Part shown: positions 30,661 to 40,388 of the stretch, one piece after another
Position numbering within the stretch: the stretch's first letter is position 1
Layout of the letters: each line of letters opens with the position of its first letter
Assembly: GCA_039794305.1 (NCBI GenBank)
Contig: JBDIVX010000003.1
Location: forward strand, 48,606-112,605
DNA: 64,000 nucleotides
Source: Polyangiales bacterium
GTDB lineage: Bacteria > Myxococcota_A > Polyangia > Polyangiales > JBDIVX01
Direction of reading: 5' to 3'
Notes under the pieces: generated by a model
The model's database searches: none
The model's input: only the letters and a program-made list of their open reading frames with translations
What the model was told of the DNA's origin: nothing
Program-made: the position numbers and the translations under genes

Positions 30661-32661
30661 TCAGCTTCGGCGCCGTCTCCGGCTTCGAACGAGCAGGACG
30701 AGCAGAGAGAGCGCGACGATCCCGCCGTTCGCGAGGCCGCCCGAGGCGCCACAGCCGCACCCGCCGTCGTCACCGCCGCCGCCGGAGGAGCCGCCCGCGT
30801 CGGTGCCGGGAGGGACGCCGCCGTCGTGGACGACGCTGGCGTCGAGGTCCGGAGTCACGCCGCCGTCGGTGGTCTCGTCCGCGCAGGTCGCGGAGCAGCC
30901 GTCGCCGCCGGTGGTGTTGCCGTCGTCGCAGCTCTCGCCCGTCTCGAGGACGCCGTTGCCGCACACCGGCGCCCCGGTGCGCGGGCCGTACTCGCGGAGC
31001 GGAGCGCCCAGCTCGTAGGCGCCGAGGTCCGGGGCCGCGCCGGCGAAGCCGTCGTTGATCGTGGGGAGCGGCTCACCGACGTCGACCGCGGCGCCGTCGG
31101 TGAGCCGGAGGTCGACCGGCGCACGCTCGGGGAAGGGAGCCTCGGGGAAGTCGAAGCTCGCGGCGAAGATCGACAGGTCGACCTCGACGGCGTGGGCCTC
31201 GGTCGTCATCGACCGAAGCTCGGCGAGCGACGCGAAGCCGGTGCCGCCGACCCGGCCGCGGAAGGTACCGGTCCCGATGGAGCCGAAGCCGTCGTAGTCG
31301 AAGTCGCAGGTGGCCTCGTCCGCGTCCGCGACCTGCAGGACGCGCCCGTCGCCGTTCGAGTATCCGCCGTAGGTGCCGCCGCCGGTGCCTCCGATGAAGA
31401 GGTTGTTGCGGAAGGCGGCGCGCGACCAGGTCCGGCCGGCGTAGACGCCCATCGCGTCGCCCGGCTTGACCACCGTGTTGTGGTACCAGATGTCGCCGAC
31501 GCTCCCGCGGTTCGGCTTGAAGGCCTGGAAGACCGTGTTGAAGAGGACGTTGCGGACGAACCAGGTCGGCCCGCCGAGGCTCGGCTGGGAGCTGAGGGCG
31601 ATGAACGAGCTCACCATCCGGTTGCGCATGACGCGCACGTTGCCCATGGCGAAGTCGGCCTCGATGGCGTCGTCGGCGCAGGCGTCGAGGTCGTTGTCGA
31701 GGATGTCGATGGAGACCTGCTCGTGGGCCCCGCCGTCCTCGAGGAGGGAGATGCAGTCGCGGAAGCCGGAGACGCGGTTGTGCTCGATGACGTTGCCGGG
31801 GCCGGTCATGGCGATGCCCTCGCCGATGTTGTCGCCGTCGACCCCGAGGCTCGACTCGGCCCACACCGTGCGCCCGACGACGACGTTGTCGGCGAAGTAG
31901 CCGTCGGTGGACCCCGGGCCGTACGAGACGATCCCGTCTCCCGTGCTCGTCCCGGCCTCGACGTGGCAGCCCCGGACGACGACGCCGGTCGCGTCGTTGA
32001 ACTTGATCTGGCCGCTCACGGTGAGGTCCTCGATCCAGACATGGGATCGGCCGTCCATGCGAACCTCGCCCTCGACGATCACGTCCTCGACGGAGCTGCC
32101 GCGGACCACGATGGGGCTGCCCGGCTCACCGTCGTTGCCGACCGTGATCGAGCCGTAGGTGCCGGCCGAGAGGACGATGACGTCGCCCGGCGCGGCCGAA
32201 GCGAGGACCGAGTCGACGTCGGAGGGGCTCGCGGTCACCGTGCGCGCGTCCGCGGGGACGTTGGGGACCGGCCGGGTGCGTGCGGTGACGACGCGCGTCT
32301 CGCCGCCGCCGTCGGGATCGTCGAGCGTGAGCTCGATCTCGTAAGACGTGTCGGGGCTCAGCCCGAAGAGGCTCCCGGCGTGACGGTTCGCCCACGAGTG
32401 GCCCTCGTTCGAGCCGGCCGGCACGCGCACGAGCGGCAGGCCCTCGCGCCACGCGCCCGCACCCTCCTCGCGGAAGCGCACCGTGACCCGGCCGTCCTCG
32501 TCCGCGTCCCCGTCGATGGCCCACTCGATCGAGACGTGCTCGAGCGTCGGGTGCGGCGTGGTCACGTCGCCCGGGGTCGTGGCGTCTTGTGCGCGGGCGG
32601 CGGACGGCAGGGCGAGGAGGAGGAGCAGGGCGAACGCGGCGGGGCGGACTGCGTGGCGCAT
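30661..32661 (-). CDS. secreted right-handed beta-helix protein with Myxococcus Cys-rich repeat and MYXO-CTERM sorting signal
   Basis: ATG 32661: MRHAVRPAAFALLLLLALPSAARAQD (signal peptide). Beta-helix-like repeats (NVIEHNRVSGF.., MRNRMVSS.., VRNVLFN..). CGNGVLETGESCDDGNTTGGDGCSATC. C-terminus GCGCGASGGLANGGIVALSLLVLLVRSRRRRRS. Confidence 0.85.
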   Translation of the reverse strand: MRHAVRPAAFALLLLLALPSAARAQDATTPGDVTTPHPTLEHVSIEWAIDGDADEDGRVTVRFREEGAGAWREGLPLVRVPAGSNEGHSWANRHAGSLFGLSPDTSYEIELTLDDPDGGGETRVVTARTRPVPNVPADARTVTASPSDVDSVLASAAPGDVIVLSAGTYGSITVGNDGEPGSPIVVRGSSVEDVIVEGEVRMDGRSHVWIEDLTVSGQIKFNDATGVVVRGCHVEAGTSTGDGIVSYGPGSTDGYFADNVVVGRTVWAESSLGVDGDNIGEGIAMTGPGNVIEHNRVSGFRDCISLLEDGGAHEQVSIDILDNDLDACADDAIEADFAMGNVRVMRNRMVSSFIALSSQPSLGGPTWFVRNVLFNTVFQAFKPNRGSVGDIWYHNTVVKPGDAMGVYAGRTWSRAAFRNNLFIGGTGGGTYGGYSNGDGRVLQVADADEATCDFDYDGFGSIGTGTFRGRVGGTGFASLAELRSMTTEAHAVEVDLSIFAASFDFPEAPFPERAPVDLRLTDGAAVDVGEPLPTINDGFAGAAPDLGAYELGAPLREYGPRTGAPVCGNGVLETGESCDDGNTTGGDGCSATCADETTDGGVTPDLDASVVHDGGVPPGTDAGGSSGGGGDDGGCGCGASGGLANGGIVALSLLVLLVRSRRRRRS

Positions 32662-32730
32662 GGGGATACGGTATCGCAACACGGCGACACGCGGTCAGCC
32701 CCCCGCTCTCACGAGCTAGTACCCTCGGCC

Positions 32731-32763
32731 CACTTGCATTGGGACCTGTCCCCCGTGCAAGTG
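32731..32763 (+). repeat. 33-nt conserved hairpin motif, copy 1
   Basis: cacttgcattgggacctgtcccccgtgcaagtg. Stem cacttgca/tgcaagtg plus ggg/ccc; loop acctgtc. It directly abuts the stop (32765-7) of the minus-strand lipoprotein gene. See copy 2 at 49882-49914. Confidence 0.6.
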
Positions 32764-32764
32764 A

Positions 32765-34264
32765 TCAGTCGGGGGGGAGCCAGCGGAGGGGGCCGCGGGG
32801 GGCGCGGAGGTCGTCGCTGGCGGGGACGAGGGCGAGACCGTCGGAGCGGACGGCGACGGGCAGGGCGGGAAGGGAACCGAGGAGCCGGGCGGCGGGGACG
32901 TCGACGAGCAGGACGGTGTCGTGGCGCACGGCGGCGAGGCGGCCCCACTGCTCGCCGTAGACGTACCGGTCGGTGCCGCCGGTGAGGTCGGTGGTGCGGC
33001 CGGTCTCGAGGTCGCGCACGCGCACGACGCCGCCGCGGACGGTCTCGAGGACGATGGCGTCGACGATGGCCTGCTCGCCCGCGTATGCGCGCGGGAAGAG
33101 GCGCGCCTGGGCGAGGTCGACGAGGTGGGAGCCCCCGACGGGGACGATGCGGCCGGCGGACCAGCGCGCATGGGGGTCCGCGGGCACCTCGATGCCCAGG
33201 TCGTGCGGCCCGGCGTCGTCGTAGACGCGAAGGGGCGCCTGTCCGCCGCCCGCGGCGCAGGCGACGAGGAGAGCGCGTGACGGAGCGAAGACGGCGATGA
33301 CCTGAGCGCCGCACGCGACCGGCACGACCTCACGGTCCTCGCCACCGGCCGTCACCCAGCGCAGCGCGCCGCTCGAGTCGCGCACGACGAGCGCGTCGCC
33401 GTCGAAGGCGACGACCTCACGGCCCTCGCGACGGCCGTCCGACAGGCGCAGGAACCTGCGCTCGAAGTCGTCGCCACGGTAGCCGTAGGTCGAGTAGGAC
33501 GCGGGCGCGCCGCGGCACGCGCCGCCGGCGAGCGTCGTCTGCTGGGCGGGGAGATCGAGCCGGCCGTTGCCGTTGGTGTCGGCCGGGACCACGGCGGCGA
33601 AGACCCAGCTCCCGTCGCCGAGGAACGAGGCCCGCCACAGGCGCCCGGGACCCGTGTCGACCGTGCGCTCGGCGCCCGTCGCGAGCTCGCGCACGATCAG
33701 GCGCTCGGTCCCGCCGACCATGCGGAGGTAGGACAGGCGCGTCCCGCCGGCGTCGAATTCGGCGCCGCGGTGGGGCATGGTAGGGTTGTCGTCGGCGCGA
33801 GCGCTCTCGCTCAGGTCGACGTCGCGCCCCTCGTCGGTGTCGCGGAGCACGAGCCGCCCGTCGCGCACGAAGGCGACGAAGCGCCCGCTCGGATCGGACG
33901 CGACGAGCGCGTCGATGCGCTCGCCCTCCGGCTCTTCTGCGCTCATCAGGAAGAGCTCGACCCGATCGCCGAAGAGCTCGCCGTGGTGGCCCGTGTGCAC
34001 CATGACCTGGCCGTCGCCGTCGGTGTCCGCCCGCGCCTGACACGCGGCCACCCAGCGGCCGTCGGGTGCGGCGCGCTGGACGAAGAGCGGATGCGCCGTT
34101 CCGAGCTCACCCGAGGGCGGCGGCGAGGGCTCGGCCCGCGGGACGGGATCGGCGGCCGAGGGCGCGGGCGCCGCGGGCGGGACGGGCACCGGCTCGGGGG
34201 CGGCCGGCGCTGCCGCGCCACCCCCGCAGCCCAGGACGAGCGCGAGCGAGAGAGCCCTCCACAT
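32765..34264 (-). CDS. lipoprotein with TolB/WD40-like beta-propeller character (499 aa)
   Basis: Track ORF 32765..35131 trimmed to ATG 34264: MWRALSLALVLGCGG (lipobox), a Pro/Ala linker, then repeats such as SDPSGRFVAFVRDGRLVLRD, GGTRLSYLRMVGG..LIVREL. Fold is inference. Confidence 0.8.
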   Translation of the reverse strand: MWRALSLALVLGCGGGAAAPAAPEPVPVPPAAPAPSAADPVPRAEPSPPPSGELGTAHPLFVQRAAPDGRWVAACQARADTDGDGQVMVHTGHHGELFGDRVELFLMSAEEPEGERIDALVASDPSGRFVAFVRDGRLVLRDTDEGRDVDLSESARADDNPTMPHRGAEFDAGGTRLSYLRMVGGTERLIVRELATGAERTVDTGPGRLWRASFLGDGSWVFAAVVPADTNGNGRLDLPAQQTTLAGGACRGAPASYSTYGYRGDDFERRFLRLSDGRREGREVVAFDGDALVVRDSSGALRWVTAGGEDREVVPVACGAQVIAVFAPSRALLVACAAGGGQAPLRVYDDAGPHDLGIEVPADPHARWSAGRIVPVGGSHLVDLAQARLFPRAYAGEQAIVDAIVLETVRGGVVRVRDLETGRTTDLTGGTDRYVYGEQWGRLAAVRHDTVLLVDVPAARLLGSLPALPVAVRSDGLALVPASDDLRAPRGPLRWLPPD

Positions 34265-34311
34265 GCCGGCTGAGACGCCACGGGGCGCCCGGATGTTCCC
34301 CGCGCGTCCCC

Positions 34312-35283
34312 TCACCCCCACACGAACCGGACGCGGGGGCCGACCTGGACCACGAGCGGGCTCTCGGCCTCGTGCAGGTCGCCGTCGAGGAAGTGGCGGA
34401 CGCGCCCCACCGGACAGTCGAGCTCGACGCGGCGCGCGGTCATCTCGCGGGCGGCGGCCACGCCGAGCGGACGCCCGAGCCGGACGCGCCACAGGCGCGC
34501 GAGCGTCGCCAGCGGTGAGCCGTGGATCGCGACGAGGTGCAGGGCGTCCACGCCTTCGCCGGTACGGAAGAAGGGGCGGAACCCGAGCCCGACCTGTTCG
34601 ACGGTCCCCATCATGATCCCGAGGTAGGGCGTGAGCGGCCAGCGCTCGCCGTCGACGGTGAGCACGGTCTCGACGGGCGCGGTCACGCGGTGCGCCACCT
34701 CCCCACGGACGACGATGCTGCCGGCGATGGTCGCGAGCGTGGCGGCCGCGGTGACCGGGGTCGGCGGGTTTCCGCGCGAGTAGTACTCCTCGAGGAAGCC
34801 GTGGCTCAGCCCCGTCCCGAAGAGGAACCCGGCGCGATCGCCGACCTGCATGGCCACGCGCCGTACGGACTCGAAGGGCTCGTCCCGGTCGCGCCGCGCG
34901 ACCAGCCGCTCGAGGAGCCGAGGCGGATCGAGCCTCGGCATGCCGATCGCGTTGGCGATGGTGTTCATCGTGCCGCCGCGCAGCATCGCCATGGCGGGCA
35001 GCGGCTCGTCGCCGTAGACGCGATGGAAAGCGCTCAGCGTGTACCCGGTGGTCCCGTCCCCTCCCCCGGTCGCGACCACGTCCACGCCCATGCGGCGGAA
35101 GTCCTCGGCGACGCGCAGGAGGCTCTCCCACCCCCGCGGCGCCACGACCACGCCGCGGTCCCCCAAGATGGCGGCGAGCCGGCGCGCCACGGCGGGGTCG
35201 CCGCGGTGCCGCCGGGCGTACGGGTTGACCACGACCCCGATACCGCTTCGAGCCTGCACGGACGCCCTATACCACGTGCCCAC
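34312..35283 (-). CDS. diacylglycerol/lipid kinase family protein
   Basis: ..GVVVNPYARR...VVATGGGDGT...LRGGTMN.. (DAGK catalytic-domain GGDGT motif). Confidence 0.85.
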   Translation of the reverse strand: MGTWYRASVQARSGIGVVVNPYARRHRGDPAVARRLAAILGDRGVVVAPRGWESLLRVAEDFRRMGVDVVATGGGDGTTGYTLSAFHRVYGDEPLPAMAMLRGGTMNTIANAIGMPRLDPPRLLERLVARRDRDEPFESVRRVAMQVGDRAGFLFGTGLSHGFLEEYYSRGNPPTPVTAAATLATIAGSIVVRGEVAHRVTAPVETVLTVDGERWPLTPYLGIMMGTVEQVGLGFRPFFRTGEGVDALHLVAIHGSPLATLARLWRVRLGRPLGVAAAREMTARRVELDCPVGRVRHFLDGDLHEAESPLVVQVGPRVRFVWG

Positions 35284-35321
35284 CCTTGGTCGCCGTTCGG
35301 CGCTGTGCGACCATCCGCCGC

Positions 35322-36965
35322 ATGAGTGGCGCAGGGCTTCCGGCTCCGACGGCGGAGGGTACGCTCGCGAGCCGGCCGTTCGCGCACGTGCTGCTCTACG
35401 TGCACCAGCAGCAGCTCTCGGGGACGCTCGCCGTCTGGCCGGAGGGCGGCGCCGGCAAGGGGCAGGACCGGATCCTGTTCCGGAACGGGACGATCGTCGG
35501 CGGGCGGCTCCTGTCGCCCGCGTCCGCGCTCGACCGGGGCCTGTTGCCGCTGTTCACGCGCACCGACAGCCCCTACGCGTTCTACGAGATCGACCTGGTC
35601 GGCTCGGGGGAAGGCGTCCTCGCCGGCGAGATCGATCCCGTCGCGCTCATCACGGCGTCCTTGCGTGGGGCGGCGCGGGAAGACGCCGTCGACGCGGTGC
35701 TCGGGCGGCTCGGCGACGCCAGGCTGCGCCTGACGCCTCGGGTCGCGCTCGACCGGTACGGGCTCGACGACAAGGAGAGGGCCTTCGTCGAGCTCGTCCG
35801 CGCCGATCCCGACACGGCAGAGGGGCTGTGCGCCGCCTGGGGCAACCAGCGGATGGCGAGGCGGCTCTTGTACCTGCTCGCGATCACCGGGAGCGTCGAG
35901 CCGTGGAGCGGCGAGCGCAGGCGGTCGAGCGCGAGCCGCAACGCGCAGCGCCTGAGCCAGTCCGGCGCGCAGAGGCGTGCCTCGGTCGATCGGCCCGCCC
36001 CCGAGCCGGAGCCCCATCCCGCTCCCGAGCCCGCGGCGGCGCCCGCCGCGGAGCCTCCGCAGGACCCCGGCGACGACTTCTCCGAGATCCCGCCGGAGCA
36101 TGCCGCGTCGATGCCGCCGGTGTCGGCGAAGCCGGCGGCGTCCCAGCCGGAGGGGCCGCCGGAGCCGCCCCCCGGTCTCGCGGCCGGGCACGCGGACCTC
36201 TGGAACGAGATCGCGCGGCGCTCGCGGACGCTCGAAACGATGAACTACTACCAGATGCTCGGCGTCGCGCGGGACGCGGGCTCTCAGCAGGTGCGGGACG
36301 CGTACTTCGCGCTCGCCAAGAAGTGGCACCCGGACCGGCTGCCGGCCGAGCTCGCGCCGCTCCGCCCGTGGGTGGACCGGATCTTCCACTACGCCACGCA
36401 GGCGCGCGACACGCTGAGTGACGAGACGACGCGCGGCGAGTACCTGAAGAGCGTCCAGGCGGGAGGCGGGACGCCCGAGGCCGACCGCAAGCTGAACGCG
36501 ATCGTCACCGCCGCGATGGCGGTCCAGAAGGTCGAGGTCCTCGTCCGCCGCCGCGAGTGGGTCGAGGCGCTTCGCATCCTCCGTGAGGCGCTCGAGCTCA
36601 ACCCGGAGGACTCGGATGCCCACGCGATGGAGGGCTGGGTCCTGTTGCAGATGTCGGCCGGCAAGAGCGCGCCGTACGACCGCATCCACCAGGCGCTCGA
36701 CCGGGCGCTCGCGCTCAACGAGCGCAACGCCAAGGCGCACTTCTACAAGGCCGTGGCGCTCAAGGGACAGAACAAGGCGCACATGGCCCTCGACCACTTC
36801 CGCAAGTGCGCCCAGCTCGACCCGAAGAACATCGAGGCCGCGCGCGAGGTGCGCCTCGCGGAGATGCGCGGCCTCAGCAAGCCGCCGGGCAAGCGGGCCA
36901 GCAAGCCGCCGCCGAGCGACAACGGCGGCCTCCTCGGCAAGCTCTTCGGCGCCAAGAAGAAGTAG
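35322..36965 (+). CDS. J-domain (DnaJ-like) protein with DUF4388-like N-terminus and TPR-like C-terminus
   Basis: ATG 35322 preferred over TTG 35286. J domain NYYQMLGVARDAGSQQVRDAYFALAKKWHPDR (HPD). The N-terminus ..FAHVLLYVHQQQLSGTLAV.. resembles DUF4388. Lys-rich tail. Confidence 0.85.
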   Translation: MSGAGLPAPTAEGTLASRPFAHVLLYVHQQQLSGTLAVWPEGGAGKGQDRILFRNGTIVGGRLLSPASALDRGLLPLFTRTDSPYAFYEIDLVGSGEGVLAGEIDPVALITASLRGAAREDAVDAVLGRLGDARLRLTPRVALDRYGLDDKERAFVELVRADPDTAEGLCAAWGNQRMARRLLYLLAITGSVEPWSGERRRSSASRNAQRLSQSGAQRRASVDRPAPEPEPHPAPEPAAAPAAEPPQDPGDDFSEIPPEHAASMPPVSAKPAASQPEGPPEPPPGLAAGHADLWNEIARRSRTLETMNYYQMLGVARDAGSQQVRDAYFALAKKWHPDRLPAELAPLRPWVDRIFHYATQARDTLSDETTRGEYLKSVQAGGGTPEADRKLNAIVTAAMAVQKVEVLVRRREWVEALRILREALELNPEDSDAHAMEGWVLLQMSAGKSAPYDRIHQALDRALALNERNAKAHFYKAVALKGQNKAHMALDHFRKCAQLDPKNIEAAREVRLAEMRGLSKPPGKRASKPPPSDNGGLLGKLFGAKKK

Positions 36966-37017
36966 CCTGCGAGCGAAGCGAGCCCGGGAGGGGGTGGGTG
37001 GGTGGTATGTACGAACC

Positions 37018-37887
37018 CTACCGCACGTCGATGGCGAACGAGTGGGAGGCGGCGACCGCGACCCACGCGACGTCGAGGCCGGACGCGTCGAAGGGCTGGG
37101 TGCGGACACGGCGCACGAGCGCGCGGCCGTCTTCGTCGGCCCCGAGCCAGCCGAGCATCGACGCGTCCACGCGGAACGCGCCGTCGTCCCGCGCGACACA
37201 CTCGATCACCTGCCCGCCGGCGATCAGATCGATCTCTACCCGGTCGCGCGGATCGCCCGCGTCCCACTCGAGCTCGATGCCGAGCGACCGGTCCACCACG
37301 GCGCGCTCTCCCGCCGGGACCCGGTCGATCTCGAGCTCCGCGAAGCCCGGCGGGGCGACCGCCACCACCTCGAACCCCGGCAGCTCGCGGCCCGCCGCGG
37401 CGACGACGTACTCGTCCACGTCGGCGCGCGCCGCTCCGAGGGTTGCGTCCTCGCCGTAGAAGACGCCGCCGACCATCCCGGCGAGGTCCGGGAACGTGCG
37501 CGAGGGCATCCGAGTGCGCGTCCCGGCCACACGCACCTCCACGTCACCGAGGTCGAGCAGCTCGACCTCGGCGTCGGGCGACGCGAAGGCACCCTCGTCG
37601 GCGCCCGACACCCGGCACGTCTCGACCTCGGCGGCGCGGCCCCCGAGCAGGCCGAGGACCGCGCGCCCGTCGACGTCGCGGTACCGCGCGAAGGCGGCGC
37701 TCAGGACGGCGCGAGGCGTCGAGAGCTCCGGCTCGGCCTCCGTCTCGCGCTCGATGCGGACCACGCCGAACGAGCCGGCGCGCGCCGCAACGGCGGCCGC
37801 CCCCGCGTCGTCCGCGCCCCCGGCGGCGGTGCAGCCGGCGAGCGCGAGCGACGCCGCGATCAGGGAGCGCGCGAGGAGACGGGGCAT
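37018..37887 (-). CDS. lipoprotein, function unknown (289 aa)
   Basis: MPRLLARSLIAASLALAGCTAAG (lipobox LAGC). No further motif recognised. Confidence 0.7.
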   Translation of the reverse strand: MPRLLARSLIAASLALAGCTAAGGADDAGAAAVAARAGSFGVVRIERETEAEPELSTPRAVLSAAFARYRDVDGRAVLGLLGGRAAEVETCRVSGADEGAFASPDAEVELLDLGDVEVRVAGTRTRMPSRTFPDLAGMVGGVFYGEDATLGAARADVDEYVVAAAGRELPGFEVVAVAPPGFAELEIDRVPAGERAVVDRSLGIELEWDAGDPRDRVEIDLIAGGQVIECVARDDGAFRVDASMLGWLGADEDGRALVRRVRTQPFDASGLDVAWVAVAASHSFAIDVR

Positions 37888-37936
37888 CGAGAGGCAATTA
37901 TAGAGGTGGGGTGGGCCGGGACAACAAGAGAAACGA

Positions 37937-39193
37937 TCACGGCGTGTGGAGCGCGTAGAGCCGCCCGTCGTCCGAGCCGACGTAGAGGGTGCCGTCCGGG
38001 GCGAGCGCCGCGAGGCCGTCGACGTCGGCGGCGGCCTCGAAGATCCAGCGCAATTCGCCGTTCGGAGCCAGCGCGTAGAGGTAGTCGTCGTGGGCTCCGA
38101 AGTAGATCTGCCCCTCCCGATCCACGAGCGGGCCGGAGTGCACGCCGATCTCGCTCGAGTCGGCCACGGTGACGGGGAAGAACCACCGGACCTCGCCGGT
38201 GGCCGCGTCGAGGCTCACCAGCCGCGGGCGCGGCCCGTACACGCCCGCGAGCACCGAGCCGTCGGTCCCGAGGCCGAGCGGCGCCCGCACGTAGCCCTCG
38301 AGGGGCGTCGACCAGCGTAGCTCGCCGTCGCGCGTCAGGGCGTAGACGTGCTGGTCGTCGGAGCCGACGTAGACGGTGCCGTCGTCGCCGAGCACCGGGC
38401 TGCCGTCGACGTCGTCGCGCGTCCGGTAGGACCAGCGCATGCGGCCGTCCGGCGCGACCGCGTACACGTGGTCGTCCTGCGAGCCGACGTAGATCGTGCC
38501 GTCGTCGTCGACCGCGGGGGTGGAGTAGATCTTCGAGCGCGCCTCGAAGCGCCACGCGACCGTCCCGTCGGGGGCGACCGCGTAGAGGTGGTTGCCGGCA
38601 CAGAAGTGGAGCGTCCCGTCGGGCGCGCCCACGACGCCGCTGTCCGCGTCGCCCTCGGTGCCGAGCCGCCACTCCACCTCCCCGTCGCTCGCGCGCAGGG
38701 CCCACACGGTGTCGGCGTCCGAGCCAACGTAGAGGCGGCCGTCGGCGAGCAGCGCCGTGCTGTAGATGCGGTCTCCGAGGAACCGCTTCCAGCGCTCGGT
38801 GCCGTGGCGGTCGAGGGCGTACAGGTGGCCGTCGTGGGAGCCGACGTACAGGTTGCCCTCCGCGTCCACCACGGGCTGCGCCGTGATGCGGCCCTCGGTC
38901 TCGAAGGTCCACCGGAGCTCCGCCGAGCGCGGACCCGTGTACGGGCTGCGCCCGGTGTGGCGTCGGTCGAGCCGGTAGGTGGCCGGCGGCCCCTCCTCGG
39001 GCGGGCGGACGGGCAGGTGCGCGCGCTTCTCGGGAGGCGCCTCGTCGCGGCCGGCGACCCGCACCGGCGCGCCCTCGTCCGGGCGCCTCCGGGGCGCCGG
39101 CTCGGCCGGCGGCTGCGCCATCAGGAGGAACACCATCACGGCGATGGCGGCCGCCCACATGGACAGCACGATGGCTAGGCGCTTGGTGCGCAC
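37937..39193 (-). CDS. PQQ-like beta-propeller repeat protein (BamB-like fold), N-terminally anchored
   Basis: Track ORF 37937..39826 trimmed to GTG 39193 (VRTKRLAIVLSMWAAAIAVMVFLLMA). Eight or more repeats of DG.(L/I)YVGS.D..(L/V)YA(L/V)..DG..(R)W. Confidence 0.8.
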   Translation of the reverse strand: MRTKRLAIVLSMWAAAIAVMVFLLMAQPPAEPAPRRRPDEGAPVRVAGRDEAPPEKRAHLPVRPPEEGPPATYRLDRRHTGRSPYTGPRSAELRWTFETEGRITAQPVVDAEGNLYVGSHDGHLYALDRHGTERWKRFLGDRIYSTALLADGRLYVGSDADTVWALRASDGEVEWRLGTEGDADSGVVGAPDGTLHFCAGNHLYAVAPDGTVAWRFEARSKIYSTPAVDDDGTIYVGSQDDHVYAVAPDGRMRWSYRTRDDVDGSPVLGDDGTVYVGSDDQHVYALTRDGELRWSTPLEGYVRAPLGLGTDGSVLAGVYGPRPRLVSLDAATGEVRWFFPVTVADSSEIGVHSGPLVDREGQIYFGAHDDYLYALAPNGELRWIFEAAADVDGLAALAPDGTLYVGSDDGRLYALHTP

Positions 39194-39305
39194 GGGGCGT
39201 GTGTAGCACGACCGGGGGTGGCGGCCGCCGGCGGAGTGGCGGCGATCTCGCCACCCGCGACGCGACAAGCCGCCGAAACCACGTGGTCGAGCTCTGGTCC
39301 GGCGC

Positions 39306-39998
39306 TTGCTCCGGGGGGTTGGCATGGCGCGGGAAGGACCGAGGGAGAGGATGGCGCGGATGGGGGCCGAGGCGCTCGCCGAGGCGGAGCTCGTGGCGGT
39401 GCTGCTCGGGACCGGCGCCGCGGGCGAGCCGGTGAGCGTGCTCTCGGCGCGGCTCCTCGAGGCCGCCGGCGGGCTCGCGGGCCTCGAGCGGATGGGGATC
39501 GGAGCGCTCGCCTCGCTGCCCGGCGTGGGGCCGACGAAGGCGAGCCGGATCCTCGCCGCCCTCGAGCTCGGCCGGCGCGTGGTCGAGCGGCCGCTCTCGC
39601 GCGGGGCGCGGATCGCGTCGAGCAGGGACGTCGACGCGGCGCTCCGACCCCGGCTCGGGCGGGCGTGCGCCGAGCACTTCATCGCCATCCCACTCGACGC
39701 GAAGAACCGCGCGATCGGCGAGATCCGCGTGGCGGTGGGGGGGCTGACGGCGTGCCCGGTGGCGCCGTCGGACGTGTTCCGCGCGCTCGTGCGGGAGGCC
39801 GCGGCCGGTGTGATCTTCGTGCACAACCACCCGAGCGGCGAGCCGCAGCCGAGCCCGGAGGACGTGGCGCTGACCGAGCGGCTGGTCCGGGCGGGCGAGC
39901 TGCTCGGCGTGCGGGTGCTCGACCACGTGATCCTCGGACAGGAGGGCTACTTCAGCTTCCTCGACGCGGGGATGCTGACGCTGGAGGGACCGAGATGA
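39306..39998 (+). CDS. radC: RadC-family JAB-domain protein
   Basis: ..ELVAVLLGTG...L..LPGVGPTKA..I.AALELGRR.., JAMM motif VIFVHNHPSGEPQPSPED. Start may be ATG 39324 (MAREGPRERM..). Confidence 0.9.
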   Translation: MLRGVGMAREGPRERMARMGAEALAEAELVAVLLGTGAAGEPVSVLSARLLEAAGGLAGLERMGIGALASLPGVGPTKASRILAALELGRRVVERPLSRGARIASSRDVDAALRPRLGRACAEHFIAIPLDAKNRAIGEIRVAVGGLTACPVAPSDVFRALVREAAAGVIFVHNHPSGEPQPSPEDVALTERLVRAGELLGVRVLDHVILGQEGYFSFLDAGMLTLEGPR

Positions 39999-40218
39999 CC
40001 GAGATCGCTCTATCGACCTTGCTCGTGGTGCTCGGCGGCGCCGGGGCGCCCTGCCGCGAGCCTCCGCCGCCGGAGGTCCGCCTCGCCCGGGGCGTCCGGG
40101 TCGTGGCGGGCCCCGATCCGGCGCCCTCGGACGCGGACCGCGGCGCGCTTGACAGCCTCGGGGGGGCGTGCTTTGTTCCCCGCCCCTTACAGCCTCTGCC
40201 TCATCAGGAGGATTCGCC

Positions 40219-40368
40219 GTGAAGCGCACGTACCAGCCCCACCGAACGCGACGCCTGCGTACGCATGGCTTCCGGGCTCGGATGAAGACGAAGAACGGGC
40301 AGAAGGTCCTCGCCCGCCGCCGCCGCAAGGGGCGCGCTCGTCTCGCCGTCAGCGTCTACAAGAAGTAG
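40219..40368 (+). CDS. rpmH: 50S ribosomal protein L34
   Basis: GTG 40219 preceded by aggagg (40206-40211): [45 protein letters not shown]. Confidence 0.95.
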   Translation: MKRTYQPHRTRRLRTHGFRARMKTKNGQKVLARRRRKGRARLAVSVYKK

Positions 40369-40388
40369 GCGGTCCCGCCCCGGGGACC

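Noticed and set aside
40149-40177. Perfect -35 hexamer TTGACA 65 nt upstream of rpmH.
   Set aside because: No convincing -10 at 16-18 nt (tttgtt/ttgttc). A single hexamer is insufficient evidence.
39995-40222. 75-aa ORF (MTEIALSTLLVVLGGAGAPC...) with an ATGA overlap of the radC stop, ending inside the rpmH start.
   Set aside because: GC3 is high over the first ~60 codons, so it could be real. However, it has no motif, would have to contain the rpmH promoter and RBS, and its 3' part loses the coding bias. Not reported as a feature.
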